Shown here: positions 20,519 to 32,787 of the stretch, piece by piece
How positions within the stretch are numbered: the stretch's first letter is position 1
How the letters are laid out: each line of letters starts with the position of its first letter
Assembly: GCA_965644265.1 (NCBI GenBank)
Contig: OZ286466.1
Location: forward strand, 24,118,001-24,182,000
Reading direction: 5' to 3'
Source: Glycera tridactyla
Taxonomy: Eukaryota
Length of the DNA stretch: 64,000 bases
Position numbers and translations under genes: made by a program
Notes under the pieces: generated by a model
The model's input: only the letters and a program-made list of their open reading frames with translations
Databases searched by the model: none
What the model was told of the DNA's origin: nothing

Positions 20519-21000
20519 TAGAAGGCAGCCACCAATGGGCGTGGGTCATTTTCTTTGAAGTGTTGCCATCTTGGATGATGTGGCCTAGATGTAGCATCAT
20601 CCCTTCTCTTCTTCTCAATAGTTTTTCGGGTGGGGGATTGAATGAAAACTTACCTTCAAATTTTCTGATATCTGTCTTTAGGCATTTTCCACCAAAATTA
20701 CACTATCGCCATGGTTCCTTTTTCTTCACTTCTTTTCTATCCCTCTAAGCTCTTTCTTATTTCTTCAGCGAAATCGTCTCAGGTGTAGGTAGCTGATGGT
20801 TTGCCTGTAGCAGATATTGTAACTATGCAAAAAGCGGGTACCAGGCACATCAGTTCTGGGTTACTAGGGCTGCGACTAGGTTACTAGGTTGTGTGATGGC
20901 ATTGTGCTGCGAGCATAGGGCATACCATGATTGTAAAGCTGGCTTGAAGTTGACAGTTTGTAATAGCCGAGTTGAGAGAAGACCGGCAGCGACGGATTTT

Positions 21001-21164
21001 GGTTGGTTGGTTGGTTCTGGTTTAACATCACGTCAGCACCATCTGGGCTATATTGTGACGCCCATGCAATGGGCATGGATGGGATCTTCCAAGACTCCTC
21101 CTTCTGGGTCCCCAACGGAAGGTGAAATGATATGAAAATCACAGACACACAAGGTGCCATTTCA
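21001..21164 (-). mobile_element. Short retroposon family A, copy 3
   Basis: Near-complete copy with (AACC)n tail. Confidence 0.9.
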
Positions 21165-21712
21165 GAGGGATGCGTTGCTAACGAGACAGACAAACCGCTG
21201 CGCCTCATTGAATCGTGTTCAATGTGTGTGTATGTGTGTGTGTGTGTGTGGGGGGGGCGAGAGGTTACATAAATCACTGAAGCATGGTGGCTCGATTGGA
21301 GAGTAGCGATGGTGTTGTTCACACCTTAATCGTGGCTTCTATCCTCTTGCTTTCATCATCACATCAAACAGAGCTTGATGGTCTGACCTGTAGTTCAGCA
21401 TGACCCTCTCCTAACCAAATCTACATTTTATTATTATTATTATTTTTGTGTAGAGGAAAATATTATTATTATTATTATCATTATGATTATCATCGTTATT
21501 ATTATTATCGTTATTATTATTATAATTGATGTCCGACCTGGGACAGAAGGGCAGTTATAGGTTTTTTATCGGTTTGATTGGTTGATTTGTTCATTAAACT
21601 TCATATCTTTTGATGTGTGTGGATGATTGAGAACGAAGGCCAACTACACTCGAATATATCAAAATGAGAAAATATATTTCACGATATCATTTCCCCATGT
21701 GACAAGTATTCC

Positions 21713-22145
21713 CCAAATGTAATGCTTTTCCTTGTTTCAAGTGGTGCGCTTTGCTAAAAAAGAAATCATTCCTACCGGGCTTGAGTGTTAGCTTTCAGTC
21801 AGTTACATAGTTAGATATGCCATCAATAGATTCATTTTTTTCATGTTGAGTAGGTAGAGGTGTGTCTGTTCACATCCCATTGGGGACTGGTTGGTTGGTC
21901 AGTTCTAGTTTAATGCCATGTCAGCGCCAGATATTCAGTTTGTTCAAGTTGAGTAGGCAGAGGTGTATCTGAATTGACAGCTACTTTTACTTGACAACCT
22001 TTTAGGTTCCCCCACCATCTTGTGTTCAGGGTTCGTGTAAGTGATGCCTGCAAGGGACAGAACATCCATCTTTCATTGACCAGGAAAACACACATAATTC
22101 CTTTTGGGTTGATACATGTCGTTGAACATCAATCAATCAATCATC
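21713..22145 (+). mobile_element. Short retroposon family C (Nimb-type tail)
   Basis: Homologous to 32320-32625, 39715-39962 and 50240-50680 (TTAGATATGCCATC...TTGACAACCTTTCAGGTTCCCC...GGGTTGATACATGCCGTTAAAC). Confidence 0.8.
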
Positions 22146-22671
22146 CCCCCACCCATGACCATGGCTTAAATGAACATACAGCCGTATGTGATGTGATTCA
22201 CCGTTATTATTACTATTATTATTATATTGTGTAAAGGAAAGACCCAACGAATTCACTGCTCCAAAGATGATCATTTATTCCACTGGTACAGGCATCAACA
22301 GGAACATGCAGTTGATTGATTGATTGATTTTGGTTTAACGTCCTTTCAACACCAAATGGGTCATATCGGACTGAAGTGTTCTATTGTACTATGGACTTAC
22401 TCTTCTATACAAATCATTGTATCCAGGAAGTAATGTGTGGAAATAAATATTGGGTTGAAAAATAAATAATTAAAAATGTATTTTTTCATTTTCTATTTTT
22501 CTCAATAAAAATGAACTATTAGCTGAAGAAAGGAGCACTGTTCCGGGGGCAATCCCCTACTCTTTTCGAAAAGCAACAGTGGATCTTTTATGTGCATGTA
22601 GCATAGACACATACTCACACGGCCGGCCTTTGTTTCCCAGTCGGCGTGCACTGGGCAAGCATATCAATGAT

Positions 22672-25600
22672 TCATATCCTTCGAAAAAGCCCGATGTGTT
22701 TGAGAAATTCAAATATGTTTTGTATGTTGGCATCCTCAAATAATTCTTTCATGTCTTGAACATCATAATGGGTGATTCTTGTCTGTGCAAAGTCTGCACA
22801 TTCAAGTAGAATATGCTTTACAGTCAGCTGGCACTGACATGCTGTGCACTGTGGTGGATCTTCTTTTTTCATAAGATAACTATGAGTCAGATGAGTATGT
22901 CCCATTCTCAGGCGAGACAGGACAATCTCCTCTCGTCTACCCTGATGTCTCGTAATCAATCTACCTTTGACAAGTGGTCTAAAGCTATGGAGTTTATTTT
23001 TATCCTCTTTATCCCATCTCTTCTGCCATAAATCATCAATATATACTTTGATGGAGGATTTGAAATCCAAGTAATGTATTGGCATTACAGTGATTGGTAA
23101 ATTGAGCGCCACTTTTGCAGCTCTATCGGCCGCTTCATTGCCTGGTATTCCAATGTGACTGGGAATCCAGCACAATCGAATAGTTTTCCGATGCTCCTCC
23201 TGAAGAATTCGATATTCATGCAGGATTCGAATGAGCATCAAATTTTTGAGGCCATAGCCCTGCATTGCTTGCAATGAAGAGAATGAGTCTGAGAAAATTA
23301 TGATCATTTTGATGTTGGAATTCTTTATATGGTCAAATGCCAGTAATATTGCCTTTAGCTCAGCTGAAAAGATAGTTGCCCCATTTGGGAGTCTGCTGTA
23401 GTATGTTTGGCTATTAGTGTAAGCAGCAGCTGACGTTTTCTCTTCATGTTTTGAACCATCTGTGAAGATGGCTTCATGGTCTCTGTATTGAGATCTTATA
23501 TCTAGATAGCCACTTTTATAGATTGTTGGAGTAGTGGTCTCCTTGGGATACTGTGTCAGATCCAGGTTGATCATCGGAGGTTCGTGAGTCCATGTGGGAA
23601 ACACTGGTGTCATCTGGGCTACAGGTAAGATGCCCATGTCAAGTTTGTCCAGATGTAGCTGCATTCGAATTCCCATTGTTCCTGTGATATGTGGTTTTGC
23701 TGCAAATGAATTTCGGAATCTAGGCTCAAATATACACTCATATGCTGGATTCTCTGGATTTGATCTTAGTTTCAAACAGTATTGTAGAGCTAATTTATCC
23801 CTACGTAGGGTCAAAGGTGGCTCTTCTGCTTCCACACAGAGGCTCTCTGCTGGTGATGTGCGAAAAGCCCCAAGGCATATGTGAAGTGCCTGGTTTTGGA
23901 TAGGGTCGAGCAACTTCAAGTTTGTCCTACAGGCTGATCCATAGACTATGGAGCCATAATCAAGCTTTGATCGGATGAGTGATCTATATAGCATGAGCAG
24001 TGTTTTGCGATCTGCTCCCCAATCTAAATGGGATAAAACTCGGAGTAAGTCAAGTGCTTTCTGACATTTAGTCTTCAGCTGTAGGATATGTGGTTTGAAG
24101 GTTAACCTTCGATCAAATATCATTCCCAAAAATCTTGTCTGTTCCACCACTGGGATCACAGATCCATCTAATGTGAGTTCTGGGTCTGAGTGATGTCTTG
24201 TTGTTGTGCAGAAATGCATACAGACTGTTTTGGTTTTTGAGAACTTGAACCCATTTTCATCTGACCAGGTTTGCAATTTGTTTAAGGATTGCTGCAACTG
24301 TCTCTCAATGATTCCAATGTTGCTTCCTCCATAACAGATGAGAAAGTCATCTACATATAGGGAGCAGTTCGTGTCTTGTGTGAGACACTTGACAATACTA
24401 TTAATTTTAATACTAAACAGTGTGACTGATAGGATACTTCCTTGGGGAACACCCATTTCCTGTTCAAACTCATCTGAGATGATGGAACCCAGACGAACAT
24501 TGAATGAACGATCCTTGAGGAAGTTCTGAATGAACATAGGAAGTCGGCCTCTGAGGTTCATGTTATGAAGGTCTTTCATTATGCCAAATTTCCAAGTGGT
24601 ATCATAGGCCTTCTCTAGGTCAAAGAAAACAGCAACGAGGTGCTGTTTCTTGATGAATGCTTCACGGACATATGTTTCAAATCTGACCAGCTGGTCAATA
24701 GTGCTCCTTCCCTTGCGAAAGCCACTCTGGAAGGGTGTGAGGAGATTGTTTGATTCCAGGTACCATACCAATCTGATATTGATCATGCGCTCAAATGTTT
24801 TGCAAATGCAACTGGTGAGAGCTATGGGTCTGTAATTTGATGGGTCAAATGGGTCTTTGCCTGGTTTAGCTATGGGGATGACTATAGCTTTCGACCATGA
24901 TAAGGGAAAAGAACCAGTGATCCATATATTGTTGAAAATTTTTAATAGCTGGCTGAGTGCAGACTCGGGGAGTTGTTTCAATAACTGGTAGGGCACATCA
25001 TCAGGTCCTGGAGATGTGTCATGTGCCTTGTTGAGAGCATTCTCAAGTTCATGCAGTGCAAAAAGACTATTGTAATTTCCGGCATTAGCGGAAGCAAAAT
25101 TAAGTTTCTTTTTTTCTGCCTGTTGGCGGTATTTCTGGAATTTGGCTGTGTAATGATTTGTTGCAGAATTCCTTGCAAACGTCTGACCTAGAGCATTAGA
25201 GATCTCTATAGTGTCTGTGATGACCTGGTCATCTATTTTGAGATGGTGAGTGCGAGGACCTCCCATCTTGCCTCTGATCTTCCTGAGCATATTCCAGGTT
25301 TTACCTATAGGAGTGTGGCAGTTTAGCTTGGAGATGAAATTCCGCCAGCAATGGCGTTTGCTGGAACGGCAGGTTCTTCGGGAGCGTGCTTTCAAGATCT
25401 TATATTTTGTGAGATATTGTCCTGAGGGTTGCCTTGCAAATTCTTTCAAGGCTTCTTCCTTTCATTTATTGCCTCCCGACAATCATCTTCAAACCATGGT
25501 TTGGGATGATGGCCCTTTTTAATAGAGGTCTTGGGTATGGAATGGGATGCTATCCCACACAGTATTTCAGTGAAATAGGTAATTGGATCATCATGATTCA

Positions 25601-26348
25601 AAAAGTTATGATGGGATATTCTGGCCTCACAGAGAGCTTCAAATAGAGGCCAATTTGCTTTCCTGAGGTTCCATGATGGTATCTTTTCAGGAATGGTGTG
25701 GTCATTTCTCAAGATTATTAGAAAGTGGTCACTTCCCCGAGGGTCTGCTTCAGTCTCCCATGAATAATCTATTAACAGTGTTGGGTGGCATACTGATAGA
25801 TCTATTCTGGTAAATGTACCAGTGCCACCATGTAGGTATGTTGGAGATTTATCATTCCATAGACAAAGATCATTTTGAGATAAAAAGTCTTCAACTTCTT
25901 CACCTCTACGATCAGTATTATCTCCACCCCATAAGACATTGTGGGCATTAAAGTCTCCCAATATCATGGCTGGGGCTGGTAGCTGATGATAGAGGTCATT
26001 CAATTTTCTTAAATCAATAGGCTGACTTGAGGGAAGATATATGGAACAGACAGTAATAGCTTTGTCTAGAGTGATACAAGCAGCCACTGCTTGGAGTGTA
26101 GTATTTAAATTCACCATGGATTAAGGGATATTTTGTCTCACAAGTAATGTAACACCACCATGAGGGCGATGCTCTTGATCTACAGATGCCGGGAAATCAT
26201 AATTGATGTAGTTACGTAGTTCAATATTATCAGGCATAAATGTCTCTTGAAGACATAAGACTGACGGGTTGAGCTTTGAAATCAATAAATCTAGTTCATG
26301 CTTATCAGAACGGTAACCTCGAATATTCCACTGGATCAAAACAGACAT
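22672..26348 (-). pseudogene. LINE ORF2 (APE endonuclease, RT, RNase H, CCHC) with one nonsense codon and one frameshift
   Basis: QWNIRG, LCLQET, GDFNAH, SDH; FDLEKAYD, GVPQGSILS, YVDD; IFTDGSK, WIPSHIGIPGNEAAD; TAA at 26121-26123, frameshift near 25449. Confidence 0.93.
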
Positions 26349-26400
26349 TGTAATTCACTAAAAAAAATATCAGTTCGATCCTTTTCATCTTCAACTAATG

Positions 26401-27790
26401 TCATCTATCCGGTGGTTTTTTCCTGCTGGTTTTGTCACCTCTTTTCTGTGACATTTCTACATCCATATGCTCTTCTGTCATTGATTCATGGCTTTTCGAT
26501 TTTGGCAGAGGAGGTTGGCGCCTCAGAGGGATTTTTGTTCTCCCCAGGATGGTCATATTGGAGGGATCCTCGACTGCAACCTTCTTGGAAGGGTTTTCAT
26601 CTGGCTTTTTGTCTCTCTCTTGCTTTTTCGCTTGATCTGCATATGATGTTTTTGTTCTCGATTCTGGTTTGTCTTTATCAGTATTTTCTTTATTCGGTGT
26701 GGCCAGTTTTGCTATCTGATCCTGCAAAAATCTTAGTTGTGCTGCCATGCTGTCCAATTGTTGGCGTAGTATCTTACAAGATTGGCAAGCTTGTTGATGT
26801 TGATTGCCTTGTTTGGCAGCATTGGCCTATGTGCCTCCTGAAGGTATTTTAGGTTGTGCTAGTTCAATTAATCTCCCTGCCCTCTTTGAATGTGATACCT
26901 TCCATGACCTTTTTCTTTTGTATTTCATATTCTTGTTTCCATATTGGGCAGTTTTTGTCACGGGATAAATGTTTATCACCACAATTGGCACAGCATATAT
27001 CATTTTGGCATGTATCTTCTTTGTGTTCAACTCCATTGCATCTCCCACAACGTTTTGAACCCCGGCATGTTCTATTGTTGTGTCCGAACTTCTGGCAGCG
27101 GTAGCACCTCAGTGGGCTTGGGATGTATGGCTCTACTGATTTTGACATATATGCCACTAGGACAGTGCGCGGTAATTTAGGTGTACCAAAAGTTATCAAT
27201 ATTGTATTTGTTGGGATAAATTGCCCCTCAGATTTTCTATTGAATCTTTTGACGTTGATGATATTGTTTTTCGAGTTCTTCCAGAAGTTCTTCTTCACTC
27301 ATATTTTTCACCTCAGGGCATCGAATGATACCCTGACTAGTGTTCATGGAACGATGAGGGGTGACTTTAATTGGGGTCGTGTGTAATACTGTCATGGAAA
27401 TCAATTGTCGTGATTGGTGTTGTCTATCACATTCTAATAAAAGGCCAGCTCGTGTACTTTTATTTCCGGTGATATCTTTTGAATACATTTCTGTATAACA
27501 AAAGGGTTTACATCTCCAATTTGCTTTTCAGGATCAGAACTTTGCATAAACAAAAATCGAGGCCAGTTGTCATAATTTGTCTCTACGTAGTCATCATACA
27601 CTTCAAATATTGGTCTATTCTGTTGGTGGTTTCTAAAATCTTCTTTATCATTGTTCATGCCAGTAGCATTCGCCAACATTGTGGCTCCACCACCTGCGCC
27701 AGCATATCCGACAGGTGGCGGGGGTCCTTGTTGGTCCCAGGCAGGCGATGACCCATCTGCCATGTTATTTTCCTTATAGGGACCTATCAT
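26401..27790 (-). pseudogene. LINE ORF1 (gag-like nucleic-acid chaperone), frameshifted
   Basis: PFVIQK, GIIRCP, PYIPSPLRCYRCQKFGHNNRTC, CGRCNGVEH, CANCGDKH..C in four fragments across different frames. Confidence 0.88.
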
Positions 27791-28165
27791 GATGATTAAG
27801 TGGGGGGACTGCCCCCAGGGAGATTTCTCCTGGCCACTCGCCTGAGACCTGCCCAGTATGGTTGAACCTATCTGGTATAGCTCCCAGGGTCCTCATGACA
27901 CTCAAGCCCCTCCACCATGCCAAAGGCAAGGCTCTCCCATGGAGGAGTGTAGCTCCACTTCGTCTGGCCCCTCACTCAAGACCTGTCCAGTATGGTTAAA
28001 CCTGTCTGGCATGGCTCTTGAGATCATTGAAGCACACAATCCCCACCACCGCGAAAAGGTGGAAGCTGTGGGGGGCAGGAACATGCAGAGAACATGCGGG
28101 TGGCACTAGGCCAAGTGACGACTCAATGCATGAGAATAATGTCAAAAGAGAACTCAGGAGAGAGT

Positions 28166-28201
28166 CCACGAAGCTTTTCGGACTGCGTCCTCATCAGGTG
28201 A
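28166..28201 (-). ncRNA. Minimal type-I hammerhead ribozyme motif
   Basis: UCAC-CUGAUGA-GGAC(GCA)GUCC-GAAA-AGCU-UC^GUGG: intact catalytic core, 4-bp helix II, palindromic helix III, 3-4-bp helix I. Confidence 0.8.
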
Positions 28202-29671
28202 TTTTTGATCTGACCTGAGTATTAAGAGCCTGAGCACCAGGGAATAGGAGCTATCCGGTGATGCTCAGGAGACATTAAGTACCCCTCTGGGGAATACCTA
28301 TACGGGTGCTGGGGAATATATACCTGGAATGGAGGGATTACCCACCCTCCGTCCAAGGATCAAATTGATCCCGGGCGGAAAGTTGGGGTCCGGAGTGTTT
28401 TGGAGGGCCGAGGTAATGGCAAAAAAGGGTGAGGGGTGAATGAAGAGGGAAAAAGCAGGAAAAGGGAAGAAAAAGGGGTGATGAATTGAATTAGTGTGGT
28501 GGAAGAATAACTGAGGGGGGAGCTGGAACTGGAAAAATTTAGTCTTGTAGGGAAAGGGTGTGAGGATGTAAGGAGGTCCATGTAAATGGAGTATAATTAT
28601 ATGAGGAATGGTCTGAGGTGAAAGCAGGCTCAAAAGTGGTAATGAGGAATACTGAAAATAATGATTAATATATTAACATTATTTTTTTTTTAAGTCTGTC
28701 GAAGCAGACAGAAGATATCAAAGCAAGTGAAACATGTCCTGAGTGAATGGAACAGGGTCACTTATATAGGTGGACAGACAAAAAGATCTAATTGAAGTGA
28801 TCAAGTGAGATCTAAAGCCATGCACAAGCCAAATTGAGGCAAACAAATCACAGGTCTGGTGAGTGAGATTAAGGTGAACAAATTGCAAGTTTTGATATCA
28901 TGCAAATAAAGTAAAATAAAGTAAAAGTTTGAGTCCAGGATGCGGCAAATCAGTCCCTGGTGTATCCAAAGGATGCAATCTGCGTGAGCATGACGAAGTG
29001 CAAGTGAGTCCAGAGAAAATTGCCGTGATCTGATTAAGGCAAATGGCACGAATAAAGCCGGAAAGAGACCGGTATGCGGAATTAAGTCTGTTCATCTGAT
29101 CTGACCAAGTTAACGTCTCTTAGTCTCAGGCACGCAGGCAAATGAGCATGGGATAATAAAATACACAAACTACACGAAATAAACAGTGATTGTGGAGCAA
29201 CACTAACTGATAGATAGAACCGGGGGGATCCCTCCGATGGGTCCCAACATGAAACATCGATGAAACTAGAAGTGAACCAACTCGGAAACGGTGAAGGAGT
29301 GCGGGGTGCGCATACATATATAGCAAGAGTTCCCAAATCACCGAGGCACGAATAGGTGGTGTACCACACTGGAATGGATGTCCGAAATTGACCTCAATAT
29401 TAGTAGTCCCAATGCACAGGCCAGGTTGTAGTCCACGGATGAGTGTGTGTATACATGAGCATATAGATATACATAAAATTATACATAAAGAATTATACAT
29501 AGGAAATGGCATAGGTGCATGAGTGAACAAAATCTGATGCCGTCATGGTTAGCTAAACCCGGGTGCTGGTGATATCAAACGGCTACAGACAACGACCAGC
29601 CCAGATGAGTGAACGGAGGAAATACTGATCGCGGCAGAGCCTCATGAGATGGTCAGTGCGGAAACAGATGG

Positions 29672-31660
29672 TTACTGGAGGGGAACTTGAGGAAGACCAT
29701 AGCGGGCCAGGGTGGCCCGCAGAATGGCATCCTTGAGCTCCTGTACCTTGAGATCAATGAGTTTATTATAGTGTTCCTGGTCCCTTGGCGGGGACTGAGA
29801 GAGATTGAGCGAGGGGGGAGGCGCGTGTGGAGGTGGTATGGCAAGGTGTGGTGTGGTCTGAGCAGTGGAAGTTAGGTATGGATAATCTGCGGATGACAAG
29901 ACTGATGGAGCCATGGTTGGCGTGGCTAGAAGGGAGTGACCGTGTCCTGAACGGATGCGATGAGTGCCATGAGTAGGTGATGGTGGTGAGGTCAATGTCA
30001 GATCCGGGTGGTTGGGGTCATAAGCCTGTGACACAAAAGGAGGATGCTGGATCTGTGTACCTTTGGCATTGAAGCCCGAAACTGTGGGAGAGGAGTGGCT
30101 GTTGATCGGCGGAGTAACAGGAATCACGTTAGAGGGAATTGTGGGTCGCATGGGTGAAACAATCTTGATGGGAAGTGTCTTGAGTTTCTTGATCCCCGGT
30201 AGGGGGGCTGGATCCAAGGTTGAGGGCAGAGGGGCTGAGGTAGGAGGTACTGGACAAGCCGGTAAAGAAGATGGAGAAAGAGATGTCGGAGAAGGCGGAG
30301 AGGAAGAAGATGAAGACGAAGAATCTTCCATTATTACAATGGGATCCTCCCTGGTCGAGGGTAAAGGAGTTAAAGTTAAGTCAATGCATGTGTCATCCAT
30401 TGGGTCGTCAAGACGATGTGGAATTGTGGACTGGGTTTACGATCCAACTGAAGAAGACGGCAGAGTAGTAGGTGGAACCACTATGACAGGGACCAAGACG
30501 GTGGGAGACAGAAGTGGCTCCTGGCACAGTGTAGACAGTTTCTGAGATGAGGTGGAAATGCACGTGTCCAATGACTGTGTGGACACCAAAACGCTTGCTG
30601 AAGAGGCCGTGGTGAAAATATGATCCGAGGAGTGGGGAGACCTCGAGCTGCCAGGGGTCTGTGACGAAGGCGGAGAGATTGCGGATGTGCAGCGTGGGTA
30701 GGAGCAGCAACGTGGAGTAAGGTTGGCGATGAAGAGCAAGCCGGCATAGTGGCCGGAAGGCATTCAGTTGAGTGGAGCGGTGTCCAGATGATCCAGGGTG
30801 CGGCGCCGAGTTGGAGCCAAAATGGGTATGGCTCGAGGTGGAGAAGGAGATTTAGTGTCACGAGTGGGAATGGATGTGGCACGTGGTGAAGAAGGAGATT
30901 TTGTATCTCGAGTCTGAATGATATTCGAAGAAGAAACTGGAGTGAATAAGTGCCTGTGGTTGTGATCCTCAGGGTCAAAATCACAGAGCTTGCGATGAAG
31001 GGGATCCTGAAGGATAGCCAAGGTGTTGCGAATCTTGGTGGGAGAGTCCTTGGATTGGGGGATGTGTATGGGAGCCGGGGCCGTGGCCGGCTTCTTGGAT
31101 GGTACATTATTTCCAGCCGCTACTCGTAGTTTGACTCCTGGTTCCAATTGATGGACCGAGAGAATCCTGGGAGAAGCAGGAGCAGGAGCGAGGTCGGCGG
31201 TGTTAGAGTCAAACGGACGAACTATGGTTAGCAAATTATCCAAATGACTGGGATGCATGAGGCCGACATGTTTCCTCAGACAATCAAAGCAAGCATTCTG
31301 ATAATCACAGTGGTGGCATATGTAGTGGTAGATCTGGTTAGAATGGTATAAGCGCATGTGTCTGAGAGCATTTGATTTAGGGGTGAACTTCGACGTGCAT
31401 GTCCCGCATGAGAATTTCTTGAATTTAAGACCGGTTTTCCGTTTGTTGGCTTTCTTGTTGCGGTGTTCCTTGGCCAGGTCTTTCAAAACCTTGGTGGCTA
31501 TCTCGTCGTCTGATGCATTAGGTTCTTCATTGTCTGAACTGAGAGGAGAGATCAAGGGTTCCAAGTTGCCCAGCGAGTAGTTGCAAGGGGAAAAGTCTGG
31601 ATCAGCCGGATCTGGATGCTTGACATGAGGCTCTGGAACTGGATCAGAATCGGAGGAGTA
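29672..31660 (-). pseudogene. Intronless C2H2 zinc-finger plus Pro/Ser/Thr-rich reading frame with two premature stops
   Basis: ORFs 30764-31564, 30437-30763 and 29672-30400 share one frame; two C-x2-C-x12-H-x4-H fingers. Confidence 0.6.
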
Positions 31661-31735
31661 TTATGATTATTATTATTATTATTATTATTATCATTATTAT
31701 TATTATTATTATTATCATCATCATCATCATCATGA
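31655..31735. repeat. (ATT)n(ATC)n microsatellite next to a gap
   Basis: Direct reading. Confidence 0.95.
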
Positions 31736-31758
31736 CCATCCCTCCATCCCCCATGCAT

Positions 31759-31893
31759 NNNNNNNNNNNNNNNNNNNNNNNNNNNNNNNNNNNNNNNNNN
31801 NNNNNNNNNNNNNNNNNNNNNNNNNNNNNNNNNNNNNNNNNNNNNNNNNNNNNNNNNNNNNNNNNNNNNNNNNNNNNNNNNNNNNNNNNNNNN
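31759..31893. other. Assembly gap (N-run)
   Basis: Run of N. Confidence 1.
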
Positions 31894-32319
31894 TGGTCGG
31901 CTGGAAGAAATTAAGGGATGGATGGATCAAAGCAAAGAAGATGGGTGAAACATGGTTGCAGGGGCTGGTCAACCTTATCACCACCATCTGTCCCATCGAC
32001 GATGGCATCGCCAGCCCTCTTCATGTTGACTCCTGCAACTATAAAAAGCAGAGCAGCTCAACAGGCTGTGATGGTATGGAAGCTACGGCTCAAAGGGATA
32101 ATGTGATTGTGTGTGAGCCATGACCCCAAATATGTGTGAAAAACTTCCCTGAGTGTGAGTTTTCCACTGGTTTCAATGCTCATATACAGTCAATGACAGC
32201 TGAGCTTGTCCAAGGTTGCTCGGTTGCTTGGGGCCGTTATTGCGTCACCCCCGCTCGCGCTGCTCACTGCACCTTCTCTCAAGAGGTCTATTGAACACAT
32301 TGGTCGAGTATTCTCCGAA

Positions 32320-32625
32320 TCTAATGCTTTTCCTTGTGTCAAGTGCTGCGCAAAAAAAAAACATTGCTATCAGGCTTGAGTGTTAGCTTCCAACCAGTTA
32401 CATAGTTAGATATGCCATCATTAGATTCAGCAGGTAGAGGTGTGTCTAAACTGTCAGCTACTTTCATTTGACAACCTTTCAGGTTCCCCATCATCTTGTG
32501 GTCAGGGTTTGTGAGAGTAATGTCTGCAGGGGAGAGAACATCTATTTTTTATTGACCAGGAACACACGGCATACATAATCCTGTGGGTTGATACATGCCG
32601 TTAAACCTCAAATAAACAAACAAAC
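32320..32625 (+). mobile_element. Short retroposon family C
   Basis: See 21713-22145; (AAAC)n tail. Confidence 0.8.
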
Positions 32626-32787
32626 CTTCCAGGATCACATGTATGTCTAATAAAATTATCACTATCATACTCACGGTGCCCTATTGCGTATTACTCCTAC
32701 AGAAGCAGCTTAGTTGATCCACATCTTATGAGCATGATGTGGCTTATATTGAGACGCCTATACAGGGTGGGATCGTCCGAGGCTCCT

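Larger units (their letters stand above)
22311..28201 (-). mobile_element. Near full-length I/Nimb-clade non-LTR retrotransposon (decayed)
   Basis: ORF1 with three CCHC knuckles, ORF2 APE-RT-RNaseH-CCHC, 3'UTR ending GGACGTTAAACCAAA(ATCA)n; 5' boundary uncertain (28169-28650); no clear TSD. Confidence 0.92.

Noticed and set aside
28600-28660. Exact LINE 5' end and TSD
   Set aside because: The candidate flanks (CTGCATGTTCCT versus TTCAGTATTCCT) match only 7/12, so no boundary is claimed.
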